Both the position numbers and the translations under genes were made by a program. From NCBI GenBank assembly GCA_010405405.1, contig MU004235.1, positions 1,006,538-1,070,537 on the forward strand: 64,000 bases of DNA, written 5' to 3'. This document shows, one piece after another, positions 50,354 to 64,000 of this stretch. The stretch comes from Microthyrium microscopicum (lineage: Eukaryota). A model generated the notes under the pieces. It had not been told where the DNA came from. It searched no databases and was given only the letters and a program-made list of their open reading frames with translations. Each line of letters begins with the position of its first letter. The stretch's first letter is position 1.

Positions 50354-52834
50354 ATGGCTGCGGCTGGTCCTTCGTCTGATGACGTGAGGACGTTCAAAGA
50401 CATTACTCAATGCTTGGACGATGCGCTCGCTATCAGATTTTTACAGGTATGCTCTATAAAAACTTAGCATCTCGCTTGCTAACCAACGTAAAGGGAGCTG
50501 GCCAGAATATCGAGACTGCCATCAGCGAGTTCTATGATAATCCAAATCGTTACGACGTACCTACTATCAATATCACATACAATGGACTTCAAAATAACGA
50601 ATCATTAGGGGAATACTGGCTACGACAACTCGAGCAGATACGGAGAGGAATCTACGGATCTAAACTGTGAGAAGGTATTGCAACTTGCTTGAAAAATCTG
50701 CTAACCCTCGGATTGCAGCCTTCAATATCTACCCCCACGATGAACCGTCCTATGGAGGATATAACCGGAGTACCGCACCCACACGCCCGAATTCACGGAA
50801 CAGTGATAGCAGCATGAAGGTTTTGATGGACCCGCAAGAAAGTGGAATAATAGGTGGTTCAAACCCAAATTTCGGGCCTGCAACCAAGGAGCATTACGAA
50901 TCATCACAATGGGCGCTAACTGTCCCAGATGCTAATGCTGTCGAAATATATCCCGATCTAGAGACATGGGATCTCGTGCGAGAGGATAACGAACCCGTCA
51001 TAATGAAGCCGCTTACATCCAGGGAGCTTTTACCTGCCTTGATCGCCATAATCGGACATATACCCTTGGCTCAAAAAACTCTGATCGAAGCACCTCCGGC
51101 CTTGGACAATTACGGAACAGGTAGCCTCTGGTGGACTGGCGTTCCTTTTGCGTCCAAGATTGTTGACACTGAAGTACCAGGTGCAGACCCTCATGGCGCG
51201 GAACTTCTCGCCGAAACTCAACGTCTGGTGGCCTTTATGATGGGGTCAGATCGTCTATATGGAAGCGTTGAACCCCTTGCAGACCTTCAGGCAATGAAAG
51301 ACATCGAGTCTAATTCTGATGTCATCAATATTACAACGATGACCGAGCGTTTTCTTGCATCTTGGAGTGTTGCCATGCGCCATTATGAAAATGAGCAAGG
51401 AATACCCCAAGGAGCATCAGAGCTGTTTGAGAACGTCGTCGTTAGATCCGAAGCGGAACAGGCATTTCCTTTCCAAGAATTAGGGGTTTCTCTCTCACCC
51501 TCGAGTGATCCCATCTCCTTATACGAAGCTGTTGATCAGGTTATATGGGACATTGACGAGGATGGATCTTCAGCTAAGAACAGATTTCTTTCCAAGTGTG
51601 CCCCAATCCTGATTTTACGAATCCACAATCCGAATGCCTCCGACCATGAGCTCAATGTCGACATTCCTGAAGTCTGGTACCTGGATCGATATATGGCTGA
51701 AAACCAAAAGGCGACTAAGAGAATGCGTCAAGATATGGCTGAATGCCGGCGCAATATTCGAACGGGAGAAGATATGCTCAAGTCACTGCAGGATCATAAG
51801 CTAAAAGATGCCTCTGGTGATACAATGAATATTGAAGGTCGCAAGCTACTTGAGGCAGGTATCGAATCACTTACTCAGACAAAAGCGTATGTCTCTCAGG
51901 ACGAGGACGAGGAAGATGAAGATGAAGATGAGGACGAGGATGATATGGATAACGACGAAGACCTAGAACGAGCCAAAAACCTTGCGGTACGACTGCAGCG
52001 TGTCCTGGACCAGTTGAATGGGGCCTTTGTTGTTCTGGGTCACCAGAAACAAGAACTTGCAAGACAATTGGAAGAAATGTCCAGCCTCTTCAAACAACCC
52101 ACCTTCGATCCGAATGGTCAACCGGATTTGAAATACAAATATCAATTGCGAGGCGTCTGTACACAACCAAACAATGTCTACATCAAGGCAGCGTCACCAT
52201 CGCATCTCGACGGAGAAAGCTGGTGGAGATATGAATACACATTACAGCCCTCCATTGACAAAACCGTAAGCGCATCTACCTGGTCTCCTAGCTATTGACT
52301 GACCTGTTCTCAGACCCTAGATCTCGACGACGTCCTTCATCGCGCTAGATATGACAGCCGTAATGTGCTTCTAGTCTACGCCAGCGAGGAGGCCTGCGCC
52401 ATGCGCCCAATTAGCATCCCTCCCGCCCTCCAAGTAAGCTTTGTCTAACCTCTCTTCCCCTGCCAAACCCCAATACCTACCCACTAGACTTACTCATACT
52501 AACCTGGACCCGCTAGACATTCGTCCGTACCGATAACGAACAGTTCCAAGCCGAACGCGATAATGCCCAACACGACCCAAACCCCAGTTGGAATGTACCG
52601 ACTCCCTGGCCAGAGCCCGAAGGCATCACGCGTATTAGCGATGAAGACGAGGACCCACCTGGCTACGAGGACTTTGAGATGCAGGAGACTTATCCGTCGT
52701 CGCAGTCTAAGCAGAATGTGCTCTACAGTGATCAGGTGCAGGGGGAGCCGTTTGATGAGGAGGTTAGGCAGGAGAATCAGCCTCCTGAGAATCAACCACC
52801 TGCGAAAGATGGTCCTGTGAACAGCAAGACGTAA
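50354..52834 (+). CDS. Rup1-like ubiquitin-associated protein (N-terminal UBA-like domain, USP-like remnants; multi-exon)
   Basis: AIRFLQ|GAGQNIETAISEFYDNP; PTRPNSR; QESGI..FGPA..EHY...QWAL; WWTG; ETQRLVAF; WYLDRY; YQLRGV; LLVYAS; FVRTDN. Acidic D/E run at ~51900. Confidence 0.65.
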
Positions 52835-53239
52835 TGTAGTCTTCTTTGCAGAGTGGTTGTGGTGGGAAGTGTTGGTTGTGCAATATTGATAATGTTGATA
52901 GGTTGGCAAGAGGAAGACGGTGATGTTATCCCTGATACCCCATGCGAGCAGTGGAATATATTCCTCTTTATTGCTAATATTGATATCATGTTGTGTTCAG
53001 TGTTCTCGTTACCTATTAGTACCTTTGGTATGCGGCGCCCAGGCCCATAAGTATGTACGCCTCAAGCCACCATGGGCGGCGAGACGAGCAATTGGCTCCG
53101 TCAAAAGTGCACTCTAACACATCTTCCTCCTGAGCTCATTGTACTCACTGTACTCCGCTCCTCCATTGAATGAAGGTGTGTCAAGAAAGCTGAATACTCG
53201 ATGGAACTAACATTGCTTAAGGTGTGAAGTTGAAAGTTA

Positions 53240-54475
53240 ATGGCGAGCGCTTTGTGCCCGCACGACACACGATGCGATGGCCACGATATGTTCCTCAAGC
53301 TTTTCGCGCTGCAACTTACGGTCATCGTCGCATATTGTCACCTTCTTCGGATTCGTAAAGAGACCATCACATTCTGGACGATATTTTTCATTGTCATATA
53401 TCCGCCCTTACTGTTCCTCCGATACGCCCTGGCCGTGTTCTTGCTGTTAGCCGCCAAAATTTGGAATATCTTATCACCAGATTCCTACCATAAATTCGAT
53501 ACAGCGCAGGCCACGCTCTACCTCTTTGGAACCATCCCCATCAATACCGACAAGGAAGCACTACCGCTCAGCAAAGTCCAAAGCCCACCACCCACTCCAT
53601 CACGACTCCATCCAGCGCGCATCCTTTTCCTCTGCGTCTTTGTAGCCCAATGCGCCAGCACAATCAACCACTCCAGCCAGCGCTCTCATCTTAGACTCGA
53701 CCGGATCCCCGACCGCCGCGCCTTTGACCTCGCCTGCACCGGCATATCCATTGCTCTCCCCACCATTCTCCCCTCTATACTCCACTATCCATTCCGTAGC
53801 CCAATGCCGCCACTCACACTCATTAATCCACCGCTCCCTGCCTCTCTGATCAACAAATTCCCCAGTCAATATGATGCGCAAGCACACCAAGACTGGGCCA
53901 TATACTTGCGCACGCGCACACCCAGTTCCTCCCTCTCGTACCTCATGCTGCTACTCCGCGATTACGTACCGCCTAGCATCGTATCCCCCATCCATCCGCC
54001 CGCCCACGGTCTGGAGAAGCTAATACCAGGCATGTGCCGATTGAGCCGCTCAAGACCCTGCATCGTGCTCCAATACGCTCCAGCCACCATCGCTCTCATC
54101 TACCGCGTTTCAGCATACGCAGATCACGCCGCCATTACAACGGGATGGCGCACGCTATATGGCACCGTGGTGATGTCGGCAGTGGTGCTAGATCATGTGA
54201 TAGCGCGATTCTATACGTCAGTGTGTAAGTGGCTCATACTGAAGCTCTATCCGCGCGTGAGGCCACGCTACATGGCTCTTGTGCTCAAGGGATATTGGGG
54301 GCTGGTGTTTGTGCCGTGGTATGTGCTGTGGTGCGTTGTGTTTGTATGGCCTTCGTTGATATTGGGGATGGAGTTGGGGTTGATTAAGCTTGGGATGTTG
54401 AGTGCTTTGCGTATTGGTCATTTTGACGGCGAGGCTAGATCGATGTTGTGTAGGCTAGGCAGAGTGATTTGGTAG
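53240..54475 (+). CDS. Uncharacterised multi-pass membrane protein, tandem paralogue 1 (intronless)
   Basis: 411-aa ORF with several hydrophobic segments. LCP...KLFALQLTVIVAYCHLLRIRKE, QCASTI and DRRAFDLACTGI are shared with the neighbour. Confidence 0.7.
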   Translation: MASALCPHDTRCDGHDMFLKLFALQLTVIVAYCHLLRIRKETITFWTIFFIVIYPPLLFLRYALAVFLLLAAKIWNILSPDSYHKFDTAQATLYLFGTIPINTDKEALPLSKVQSPPPTPSRLHPARILFLCVFVAQCASTINHSSQRSHLRLDRIPDRRAFDLACTGISIALPTILPSILHYPFRSPMPPLTLINPPLPASLINKFPSQYDAQAHQDWAIYLRTRTPSSSLSYLMLLLRDYVPPSIVSPIHPPAHGLEKLIPGMCRLSRSRPCIVLQYAPATIALIYRVSAYADHAAITTGWRTLYGTVVMSAVVLDHVIARFYTSVCKWLILKLYPRVRPRYMALVLKGYWGLVFVPWYVLWCVVFVWPSLILGMELGLIKLGMLSALRIGHFDGEARSMLCRLGRVIW

Positions 54476-55029
54476 ATTTCAGAAATCGAGAGATGTTGGA
54501 TCTCATGGTCAATTGAGAAAGCTGGTGGTATGACACCATCCAACTTCATCGGGGTTGAATACAAAACCATACGACGAAGCATCATAGTGCATCTCAGATA
54601 CTGGTTCCAGCTTGTAGCTTGGGACTCTGTATTCATGCTGACTAACCTTTGGGAAGAGGCTTCATGCAGTATGCACGCATGGGCTAAGCCTTAACGCTCC
54701 ATCGAGTATTCTTCTGTCGGTAGGCTGAAACCTGCGTGAATGAGGCTGAGCAGTACAGGCACCTTCATCAATATATATTGTCAAGCTTGCTTATCGAAAC
54801 AGAAATTAGTGTCTGTTAAATCAGCCTTATCATGGTTATGACTCCGCAAAACATGCGAGTGAGGCTGAGAGGACGAGAGTCTTCATTGATAATATTCAAG
54901 TCCCCATATCAAAGCAGATGATATACCTGCCAGGTCTAAGGTCACATACATTGATACCATTCTCAACCTTATCTAAGTGAGCGTTCGCCCAAAAGCATCG
55001 TCACCTAGCTCTGCCAGGTACTCTCGCTC

Positions 55030-56406
55030 ATGGAATTGGATCTCTGTCCCAACAACTCGAGACGCGACACCCGCGAAATATGGCAAAAGCTGTTCGCCGT
55101 CCACTTCACAGGTAATGGTTCTCTGTCGCAAAGGATTCTCAATGTCTCTGCTTTTGACGATCCACTGATAACCAATATAGCATGTTGGCAACTTATCAGT
55201 GGTTCATAAGCGGTGTTGACCAACACAAAACTCCGTTTGATTAGCTCTTGCTAACGCCAACAAGTCGTCGTCGCCTTTTGCCATCTCCTCCATATTCGCA
55301 AGGAGCCTATAACATTCCAGAAATTATTATTCTTCTTACTGTTTCCGCCTATATTTCTCATCCGGCATGCGCTCGCTACTACCGCGATACTAGGCGCTAG
55401 CATCTGGAACATCTTAACGCCGCGGCATTGGTCGAAATTTGACGTCCATCACTCATTGTGGCTGCTCTTGGGAACTATCAGCGAAGATGAATCTGACACT
55501 GATGCAATATCACTATCTGCACCACAGAAGTCAGCATACACATTAGCACTTTCATGGGGAAGGGCCGTCGTAATCTGTGGCTTTTTAACCCAGTGTTCTG
55601 GAACAATATATCTATACAATCGACGACAGCAGCACGAAATGGTAGCTAGAGCGGATGCGCGATCCTTTGAACTGGCCTGCGCTGGCATCCTCGTCGGAAG
55701 TCTCACTCTTCTCAACCACCTACATATAGGATTCTTTGGCAAGCCGATACCATCTTTGCAGTCATCAACCTTACCGTATCCAGACTGGGCAGCAGATCAC
55801 ATGGAAGCTCGAATTGAAGACTGGAAACTACGCGTGTCAGCAACATACTTTCCAGGCTGGCAAATGAATCTTCTATTACACTGCTTCATATTATGTATGA
55901 GAGGTAGCCTCACAGCCATATCTCACCGCTATACCATTTCTGCCAGCGGACTTGGCACTCTCTTCCCATCGCTGTGGCAATCGTTTCGGAAGTCTCCTCT
56001 GCTCATTACCAATGCTGCTCTTTTGTCGCTAGCGTGGGGTTTCTCGTTTGGCTCAAGATACCACGATCGTTGGGAGCTACAGTCGGTATACCTGATAGTC
56101 GTGTTCTCGGCATTGCTGCTTGATTGGTGTATCAAAAAGATCTATCACGATCAGCCTTGGTGGCTACGCAAAATCCATGATGGGCTGTTGAGCAAGCTGA
56201 GATTTTTTTTCATACGCAGTGTTGTACTTGCCTTGTTCTTTATCCTAGCCATTATCTGTTTGGCGGTACCGCTTGTTGGTTTTGGGTTTCGGGAGCCGCA
56301 GCGTATGTTTTTAGAGACTCTGAAGTTGCAGGATTGGCCTGTGGATGAGTCATGTCCGCTCTTATGGGCGGATCCTAAGAGTGAATGGGTCTGGGGCCTT
56401 GCCTAA
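55030..56406 (+). CDS. Uncharacterised multi-pass membrane protein, tandem paralogue 2
   Basis: MELDLCPNNSRRDTREIWQKLFAVHFT| intron 55112-55264 |VVVAFCHLLHIRKE...QCSGTI...DARSFELACAGI...WPVDESCPLLWADP. Confidence 0.78.
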
Positions 56407-58035
56407 CGAGAGTATAATGAAATTATTGATTAAGTTGACCAGCTTTGTGATTACGTGAGGAAGATTCCGTGCAATTCAAGATACTCTACAACAACGGAGT
56501 CAATGGCCGAATATGATATCAAATTACAACTTCAACCGAAAAAGCAACCACAGATGAAATCATTTAAGTTTACTTTTCTTCCCCTCGAACAGAAACCCGG
56601 AATTCGCCAAAAGCTAATCTACAAAGTTCAAGCCACAGCCGTAGAAGGATCGGAGTGCCAAGGGTACTGGACCCTGTTTTAACATGTTTTCCAAGCTAAC
56701 AAGTTCACGATAGGCGTTGGACTGATATGCAGTTGGGCTTGATTGGACTATGTGGGGAGATTTGCATGGTGGCTTTGGGGGGTCAGGTAAAATTGGTGGG
56801 CTATAAATCAGGAGTTGGAATATCTTGAGTTTCAACGTTTCATTGTAGACTGGGTTTCTGGGGATCGTCAAGGGTCATTTCAGGAGATGGATAGGAGATG
56901 TTTGTTTGGTTTGGTTGATGAGAAGAAGTAGTTGGAAGAAAATTCTGGAGTTTGGGTTTGAAATGGGTGTGAATGTTAAAACTTCATTGTTGCAGAGATA
57001 AATTCGAATTGTTGGGCTTGAATATTGATACACAAGAAAGCTGGATCAAATCTGAGCACACGCGAGTAGGAATTGATTGGTTTGGCTGCTGTGGGTGTAC
57101 GAGGTGGGCGCCGACAGGGCTGCAGGTCGGGAATATTTATATCTTGAACTTGACCTTAGAAGTGTAAAAAGAAAGAGAGACTCTGTTGAATGGCAAGGGC
57201 CTGCATTGGACGATTGAATTTTGGAGGTAGCCGAGTACTCGGAGAGCTGAAATGCAGGTATTACGACCTCTTATATATCACGCTATAACGGATATACGGC
57301 TGAAGGGTGCATATTTAGAGGTACTCGCTTGGTAGTACCTTGGTGGGCATAGAGTCCTTGTACAGCTGAGCTGTGTACATTTGATGTAGTACGTAAGTTC
57401 GTAGTGGTAGTGGACCAAGAAGTAAATGTTGTTGGTCACAGTAATAAAAGCAGTCATATCTTCAAGTATAGATGTACATATAAGCTATATATATAATGTG
57501 ATAATGTTATAAGGAAACAGGTGACGCAGATTGTAATTTCGTGTGTCTAACCCTTTACCCTCGTCAAGAGCCTCTCCATCAAACATTCAGATCTGCTGCT
57601 GTACAACCACATCGTGCTTGATTTGAACTGCGAAGGGGGAAAAAGCTACTCTCCATCTCACCAGCAGCACATTTTCCAAAAGGACCATTGATCTACGCTA
57701 CTTTAATCGCCTTAAACTCCATCGCATCTCCAGCGAGCCCAGCCTTAGAGGGATCGCCGTTCTTGGGGGCCAGCCAATTGTCTGGAACTCTCCGACATCT
57801 GAAGCCCACCACTCCACCTTTGGGCACTCACTCACTTCGACAAGCCACCGCCTTGCAGCCACTTCTTCCACTATTCTACTCTGTCACGCAGTCAGGCCTG
57901 CTTCAACATCTACTTCTGTATCCTGCTGTTCTTCTGCAAATCTCACATGTCCCTTGACCTCCTCGCCTCCTCCCTCCTAACTATCTCCCCGCCGTCTCCC
58001 CTCCTTTCCCGTCGCCGACTACATCTCTCTCCACC

Positions 58036-61000
58036 ATGGCCGACGACAAGCACCATCATGGTGTCTCCAAATTTCTCAAGGAACGATGGCGCAGCAAATC
58101 AAACCCCGACGAGCCCAAGAACCTGCCTGCCGGAACTGGTCAAAATCTAGACGACTTCTTAAGACCCTCCAACTCTACCACTACACCAAGAACCCGCCCT
58201 GTCGTACCCCTCGCCCCAAAAATCGACATTGCCGCTGCACAAAGATGGGCTGGCAATTCAGCTGAGCTCAAGAGCGGGAATAATGGCATGCAGACTCCAT
58301 CGTCTTTGAAAGCAAGAGGAAGCCAGAAAAAGCCACGGCGACCCAATCTGACCGTTACGTTTTCCACGGCTCACGATATAATTGGTGAGGGTGGTGAAGA
58401 ATGCGATGATCCCACAAGTACAATATCAATGCAAAGATCAAAGGGCTATCGATCGAGTCTGCGCCGAAAACCTGTTGCACCTGGTGTCCCCGACGAGAAC
58501 CAGGCTGGAAGATCAACTGGTACACCCCCTCCCGGTGCACGACCGGCGCCAAGTCGTCATGACGATGATATGCACCCTGGTTTTGGTGCCAAAAGAGATG
58601 CTAACGATGCGGCTGCAATTGCATATCGCCAATTAGTAGGAGATAATCCCGAGGATCCACCTCCAGAAAACCCTTTCGACGATTTTGTCCCCAAACTACT
58701 GAAGCGCACTCCCACGGGGTTTCAAGGGAGAAATGCAAGTGGAGATAGTCGCCATAGACAAGGGAGCATGAGCAGCATGTACTCTGACGAAGGAAGTGCG
58801 GAAGGCAGCCCTGCCACTGGCAGACCGCCGGCCAGCGAAAATCCCTTCAAATTACCCGAATTCTCCTCCTTCAAGGATGACTCTCCTCTTGATTTTAGCT
58901 CCAAATTTGATTCTCCAAAGCGATCCGACACCCATCATTCAGCTCGCTCGCCAGTGGAGGTACATGACAAAATCCAGCGAATGCGGCAGGAAGAAGGGCG
59001 TGTTCTGCATCAGAATGCGAGAAGGTCAATCATAGAGCTCGCAGAAGATAATCCAATCGCACCGCAGCAAAATCCTAGAGCACGCGCACCATCGGCCTCG
59101 TCTGCAGAAAGCGACCAAATATACGACATGTATCAATCCTACTCTCCGCAACAGGACAGGCAACGCTCGCCTGAAAAGTCTCGGAATGCTCCCCCTCCTC
59201 CGATGACTTCTGCACCCCCTCCGCCTCGAGGACCACCTATACAAAGAGAACCCCGTTTACCCGTACTTCCAGACACATATCAAGTCCCAATCCAACCTGT
59301 AGCCACACCCGCAAACATTAGACACGATCTTACTCCCGAGCCCCAAATGCGTCAGCAACCTCTACCTGTTAGAAGTGCTCCAGGGCCTCTTCCCATTCCA
59401 GGGCCAGGCGCGCAGAGAGACGCCACAACATCTAAACCACTACCTTCTCCGTTATCCATTCCCGGCAAAGACAATGATTATTTCAATGGCGCACGCGCTC
59501 CCGAGCCACAGTCAGTAGCATCAGTTTACAATAATCAATCGACTAGGAATATGCACGACTACAAAACTCCGGCAACGGCAACTTCTATGAAAACACCTGC
59601 CTCGGCGTTTTCACAAATGGCTCTCGAAGATTTTGGCAATCGATGTTCACATATGAAAGGAGTATTTCGGCTACAAGCAGAATTCGAGAAGCCGATGTCA
59701 GAATATACTGCATCACAGTGGCTTCGAGCGGCAGCTTGGTGGTTTGTCAAAGGCCGTAATGGTCTGGAGCAGCTGATTCGAGGCCGGCCGGCATCACGAG
59801 AAGGAACACCAGCATCAGCTAGACCGCAAGAACTACTACAGCAACCTCATGTTGATTTGGCCAAGTGCTGGTGGATATTGACCGAGATACTGTCCACACA
59901 TAAACAATTACCACCCGCCATGGAACCCGGAATGCCTTACAATGCACGCGCAACTGCGGCAGCATCAGCTGGAGACATGAAATCAGCTGAATTCTTCGAC
60001 GGCTGTGACATTTTGAATGCAAATCTCAAAGGTGTAGTGTCATCGATGAACAAAAACCGCATGATGCCTCCGACCAATGCTTTGATAGCGGGACAAGATC
60101 AAACAATCTGGATACCATACCCACCCTTTGCACCAGATGTCCTACCCATTCTCTCTGGAAGCAGAAGTCGGTCGCTGACAGGAGGCGCGCCAACACAAGT
60201 CTTTGATCCCTTATCGGTCATGGGTGTAGCAGACACTAAGAGTGATTTTGCCTATTATCGATGGTTTGTCAAAGTTAGTATTGGCTCCATGGACGACCTC
60301 TCTGAGCAGGTTACGCTCCTTTGTCTGTTTTCAGTTATGCGTACCCGGAATGAATGGCACCCAAAGGTTGCAATTTGTACCCAGAAGGAACTGGTAACGA
60401 TTTGTATCACTGGGGACCGTAAAGTAGGCCCTTCCTGGGAGGATGTCAAGTGGAGCGAACAGGACAACTCGCTGCAAATCAAGCTGGCAAACGGATACCT
60501 GATGAATGCGCAGCTAAACGAAGCCGATTATCGAACATTCGTCAGCATGTACCAAAAGGCTTTCGCAGTTCAGACAAGCTTGTTTCCGCTGGACGATGAG
60601 CATATAACTTTCGAGGCTTCGATTTACGAGTTTCAATATACCGACACCATTCGCCCGCCAGTATTCCCTATGGAGAGAATGAAGCGATGTCGAGTACGGT
60701 TACTCGGGAAAACAGAGACTCGAGCAGATACCGCTGGAACGCGAGTATTTTACCGCGGGCAAAGAATCATGATTACTACAAGCCCAAAAAACCGGACACT
60801 TGCAAGCGTTAGCCACGATTTGAGCGTTCAATACCCTGTTATCCTCGAAATGCTCACCGAAACACTACCGACTGGAGAGAGTCTTCCGGCTATGGCGCTG
60901 CATGTCAAGGAAGAACATCGAGATACAACACTGTTCATGGTATTTGGACAGTTGTCAGATCGCCAAATGATGTATAGCGCTTTGGGTCAATCTGACCTCA

Positions 61001-62034
61001 ACCAAGATGAGTCTCAATATGCGGCTCTGCGTCTTAAGAAGCTGTCCATCGAACCAGCAATTGACGTCGAAATGAAAGGACCACACAACCCCTTGGGACG
61101 CATGCAATGGCAAGAAATTACCGTCATCAACAAAGATCCTCGCTCACCCGACAACGACTTTGGCCAAACCGTTCAATCAGACAGCCTACGAATCGTTGCT
61201 CAAGGCGCAGGCGGAACCATAACAGATCGCATCAACGTGGGTCCCGGCGAGTTACGTCTCCGTCTCGCCAATGATGGCACACCAACTGTGACGGTCCTCC
61301 GCCAAGCCCAAGATGATTGCTCCATGACCTTTGACCGCCGTGTCGCCCCCTTTACTCCCGAACAAGCCGAAGAACTCCACCACGCCGTCTACATATACCC
61401 AACGAAGCGCACATTCACCTTCTTTAACTTGATGGACTTGCACGCCTTTCAGGCCGCCATTACTTCCTTTGTTGTGAAATTTGACAGCCTCGCGCGCTCA
61501 TTCACCATTTCGCGGAGACGCCCTGTCACGGCACTGTCCAAACATAAGCGACTTGATGCGGCACTTACACGCATCCAGGTTGTCTCGTTTGACAATGATA
61601 GGCAAGTACAATTACTCGCATTCTTCAACGACGATGTCTCATGGGCGGACTCGCTTGGATTCGTGCTTAAAGGCGTTGATGTCTTTGAGCGGTATAACGG
61701 TGTCAAGCATGGTGCTGGGCAGAGCGGCGTACGCATTGTCGATGCCAAATTCTGTTTGCCCAAGTCTGAGCGTCGTAAGGGTGGTCAGCGGTCAGAGGAT
61801 ATCGATCGCCCATTCTTATGTCTCGATATGCCAGAGTACCCAGGCGAGAACGACGACATCTGGATCGGCTTCGACGAAGATGAAGGTAAACATCTCCTTT
61901 AATCCCACTATATGTACTACTTACTAACACAATCTCTAGAACGGGAACGATTTTTAGCTGCTTTACCAGCACCAGCTACAGCGCCCTCACGAGGCATGTC
62001 GAGCATTTTGCGCGGACGAGGTGGATCGGGGTAG
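58036..62034 (+). CDS. Large conserved fungal hypothetical protein (Pro-rich N-half; globular C-half, DUF7611-7614-like)
   Basis: 1288-aa ORF plus terminal exon after intron 61886-61939. WLRAAAWWFVKGR, HVDLAKCWWI, DLHAFQAAIT, FLCLDMPEYPGENDDI. Confidence 0.8.
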
Positions 62035-62487
62035 ATAGATGAACGATATGAGCTTTTGATCTTTTTATTTTATTCGTTTACTTTGGAGCATGGACGAAAA
62101 GCGAGCGTCAAATGGCATTATGAGCTGGTGCAATTAGCGCTGGACAGCGACTAACAATGATGAGCAAGGCGTAACATGTCTTTGAAATCTGTCTTTTTCT
62201 TAGCTAGGCTTGATTCCGTCTGGCATGATCTCCATTGCATACATGGATGCGAATTTGGCGTCATATTTGTGTAGCGAGTTGCAAGCGAGGCTAGATGCCA
62301 TTGCGATAAGATAGGAAATTCTATCTCTGTGCTATTTTCTTCTGTCACTTATACGTTTCTGTTGAGAGTGCGATCGCTTCTGGGTCATGATATTGCTGCG
62401 TACTGAACTGACTATATGAAACATAGATCAGTTGCCTTTCTCATATAATACTCATACACAACTACTCCTCTATCACATAACGAGACT

Positions 62488-64000
62488 TTACCACAAAAAC
62501 TCACTCAATTGCAACTGGCGGTCCTCCAATCCTCGCTCGGCAGCAACAACAACCTCGCGCCGCTCACTTCTCAGATTCTCACTATAGCACAACTTCAACA
62601 GCGTCTGCATCTCCTCGTACGTAAATCCCGCCTCCTTGCCCTTAGCCTTCGCCTCGGCAATCACCGCATCCGGCCCTGCGCTGAACAGGTCAAAATACAC
62701 CGCCGCTCGCCTCAATTGTGCGCCATCTTCAATGTTCTTGAGGTTCTGCTGCAGCACCAGCACGTTGAGCTGCATACGTGCACATCCGGCTGCATTCATG
62801 ACTTGAATATTTTGCGCGGCGGCAACAACGAGCGCGTCAAGAAGGGATGCGAGGCCGGTGGTGATGAATTTTTGGGCGGCGGGCGCGACGTGGGTGGAGA
62901 GTTCTTCGTCTATGCCGGCGAGGGCGGCGTTGAGGGAAACGATTTCAGGGTCTGGTTCGTGCAGGTCTTGGTCGAGAGCGAAGGTGCGTGCGAGGGACTT
63001 TTGTAAGTGGTGGACGACGTGCGCACGCGCATCAACGTGTAAGAGTCTTAATACGTCGGTGGCGAGTTGGTTGTAAGAAGATGTCACGCCGTCAAAGGCG
63101 GCGGCAGAGTCGTCGCTGAGCGGTAGGTAGACGTGGTCAGGCTCAGGGGTAGGTTGCGTCGCAATGAGAGTCCAGCGGCGGGCCTTGTCGAAGCGCTCAG
63201 AATGGCGGTTAGTGGAGGGGTCATTAGCGTGGGCGGAGATGAAGCGGAGGGCGGTGAGTTTTGAGGCGAGCCATTTCATAGAGGTCGAGAGGAGGCAAAG
63301 GGCGGCGAGGGCGCGGCGGTCTAGGATGAGATCTGCTTCTTCGACGGTAGTGTTTTGGAGGTCGGAGAGAAGGTGGGTGTTTTCTTTGTTGATTAGGTCG
63401 ATTCGAGCGGCATCGTCGGCGTTGAGAAGCTGATCGACCATTGCTTTGAGAGCGTCATCCTCGAGAAGTGAGGCAGATATTTTGAGACGTTTGCCGCTCT
63501 GGGGGTGAGGTTGAGTTCGTGATACGATTGCTTTTGACGAGTCAGTATGATAAAACAAGTCCAGAATTCTGGCTGGACTTACCTTTGAACCAGCCGCAGC
63601 ACTTATCATAGTAAGCTACGATCTGGGTAATGATCAATTGCGTAAAGGCTTGGTCATGAGGCAAGATATCTAACATCCGGCAAAATGCCTCGATCAGTTT
63701 ATAGAACTTGGCTGTTCCTTTGAATATTGGTTTCTTCGCATTGAATTGCCATAAAGGATCCTGAGTGAAGGCGTCGACTTCAATAAAAGTCTGAGCACTC
63801 ATTTCAACTAGTGTTTCGTCTAGTTGTGGTAAGAAGACATTGATCAAAAAGTCGTCCAAAAACGACGTTAGGGTGCTCATAGCAATGTCTGAGGACGAAG
63901 GTACTACTTCCTTTAGGCGATTGAGGAATGTCAATGATGGCGGAAGTAAAATCGCCATATTGAAGACGGTTGGTTCGACAAGTAATTTGTGTCCAGTGGC
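62488..64000 (-). CDS. SEC8: Exocyst complex component Sec8 (5'-truncated by the window)
   Basis: FLDDFLINVFLPQLDETL, LPHDQAFTQLI, YYDKC (intron 63531-63582), SMKWL, PDPEIVSLN, MQLNVLVLQQNLK. Confidence 0.92.

Noticed and set aside
56450..57250. Minus-strand fragment QFLLACAQI*...YSSPTIRI resembling an F-box/DUF7730-like relic
   Set aside because: Too short and too interrupted to distinguish from chance.
1..64000. tRNA, rRNA, CRISPR arrays, intact transposons
   Set aside because: No T-loop/cloverleaf, repeat-spacer array, transposase or RT motifs, or LTR pairs seen by eye; tRNAscan-SE, Infernal and RepeatModeler would be needed to exclude them formally.

Overview
Eukaryotic genomic DNA from a filamentous ascomycete (Pezizomycotina; a Dothideomycete-like placement is inference only). 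Evidence: short ~47-60 nt GT-AG introns with CTAAC/CTGAC branch sites and typical fungal orthologues. About 21 protein-coding genes are supported. Core genes are RPL24, COX4, RQT4, SLX4, SEN1, DOM34, APT1, a NIPA-type Mg transporter, VMA4, PHO8, a DUF3405 protein, FRS2, a Rup1-like protein and SEC8. Accessory genes are a CorA-like protein, a small secreted Cys-rich protein, a secreted PLC-like phosphodiesterase and two tandem membrane paralogues. Standouts: (1) a RID/Masc1-family cytosine methyltransferase with non-canonical residues in most motifs; (2) a ~6 kb gene-poor island (41.3-47.2 kb) of decayed frames, including two tandem Ypd1-like HPt copies that both lack the phospho-accepting His; (3) a 105-codon, repeat- and N-sequon-rich in-frame continuation right after the PHO8 stop codon; (4) an intron present in only one of the two tandem paralogues. 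I saw no tRNA, rRNA, CRISPR array or intact transposon. Family calls come from recognising motifs by eye, not from database searches.
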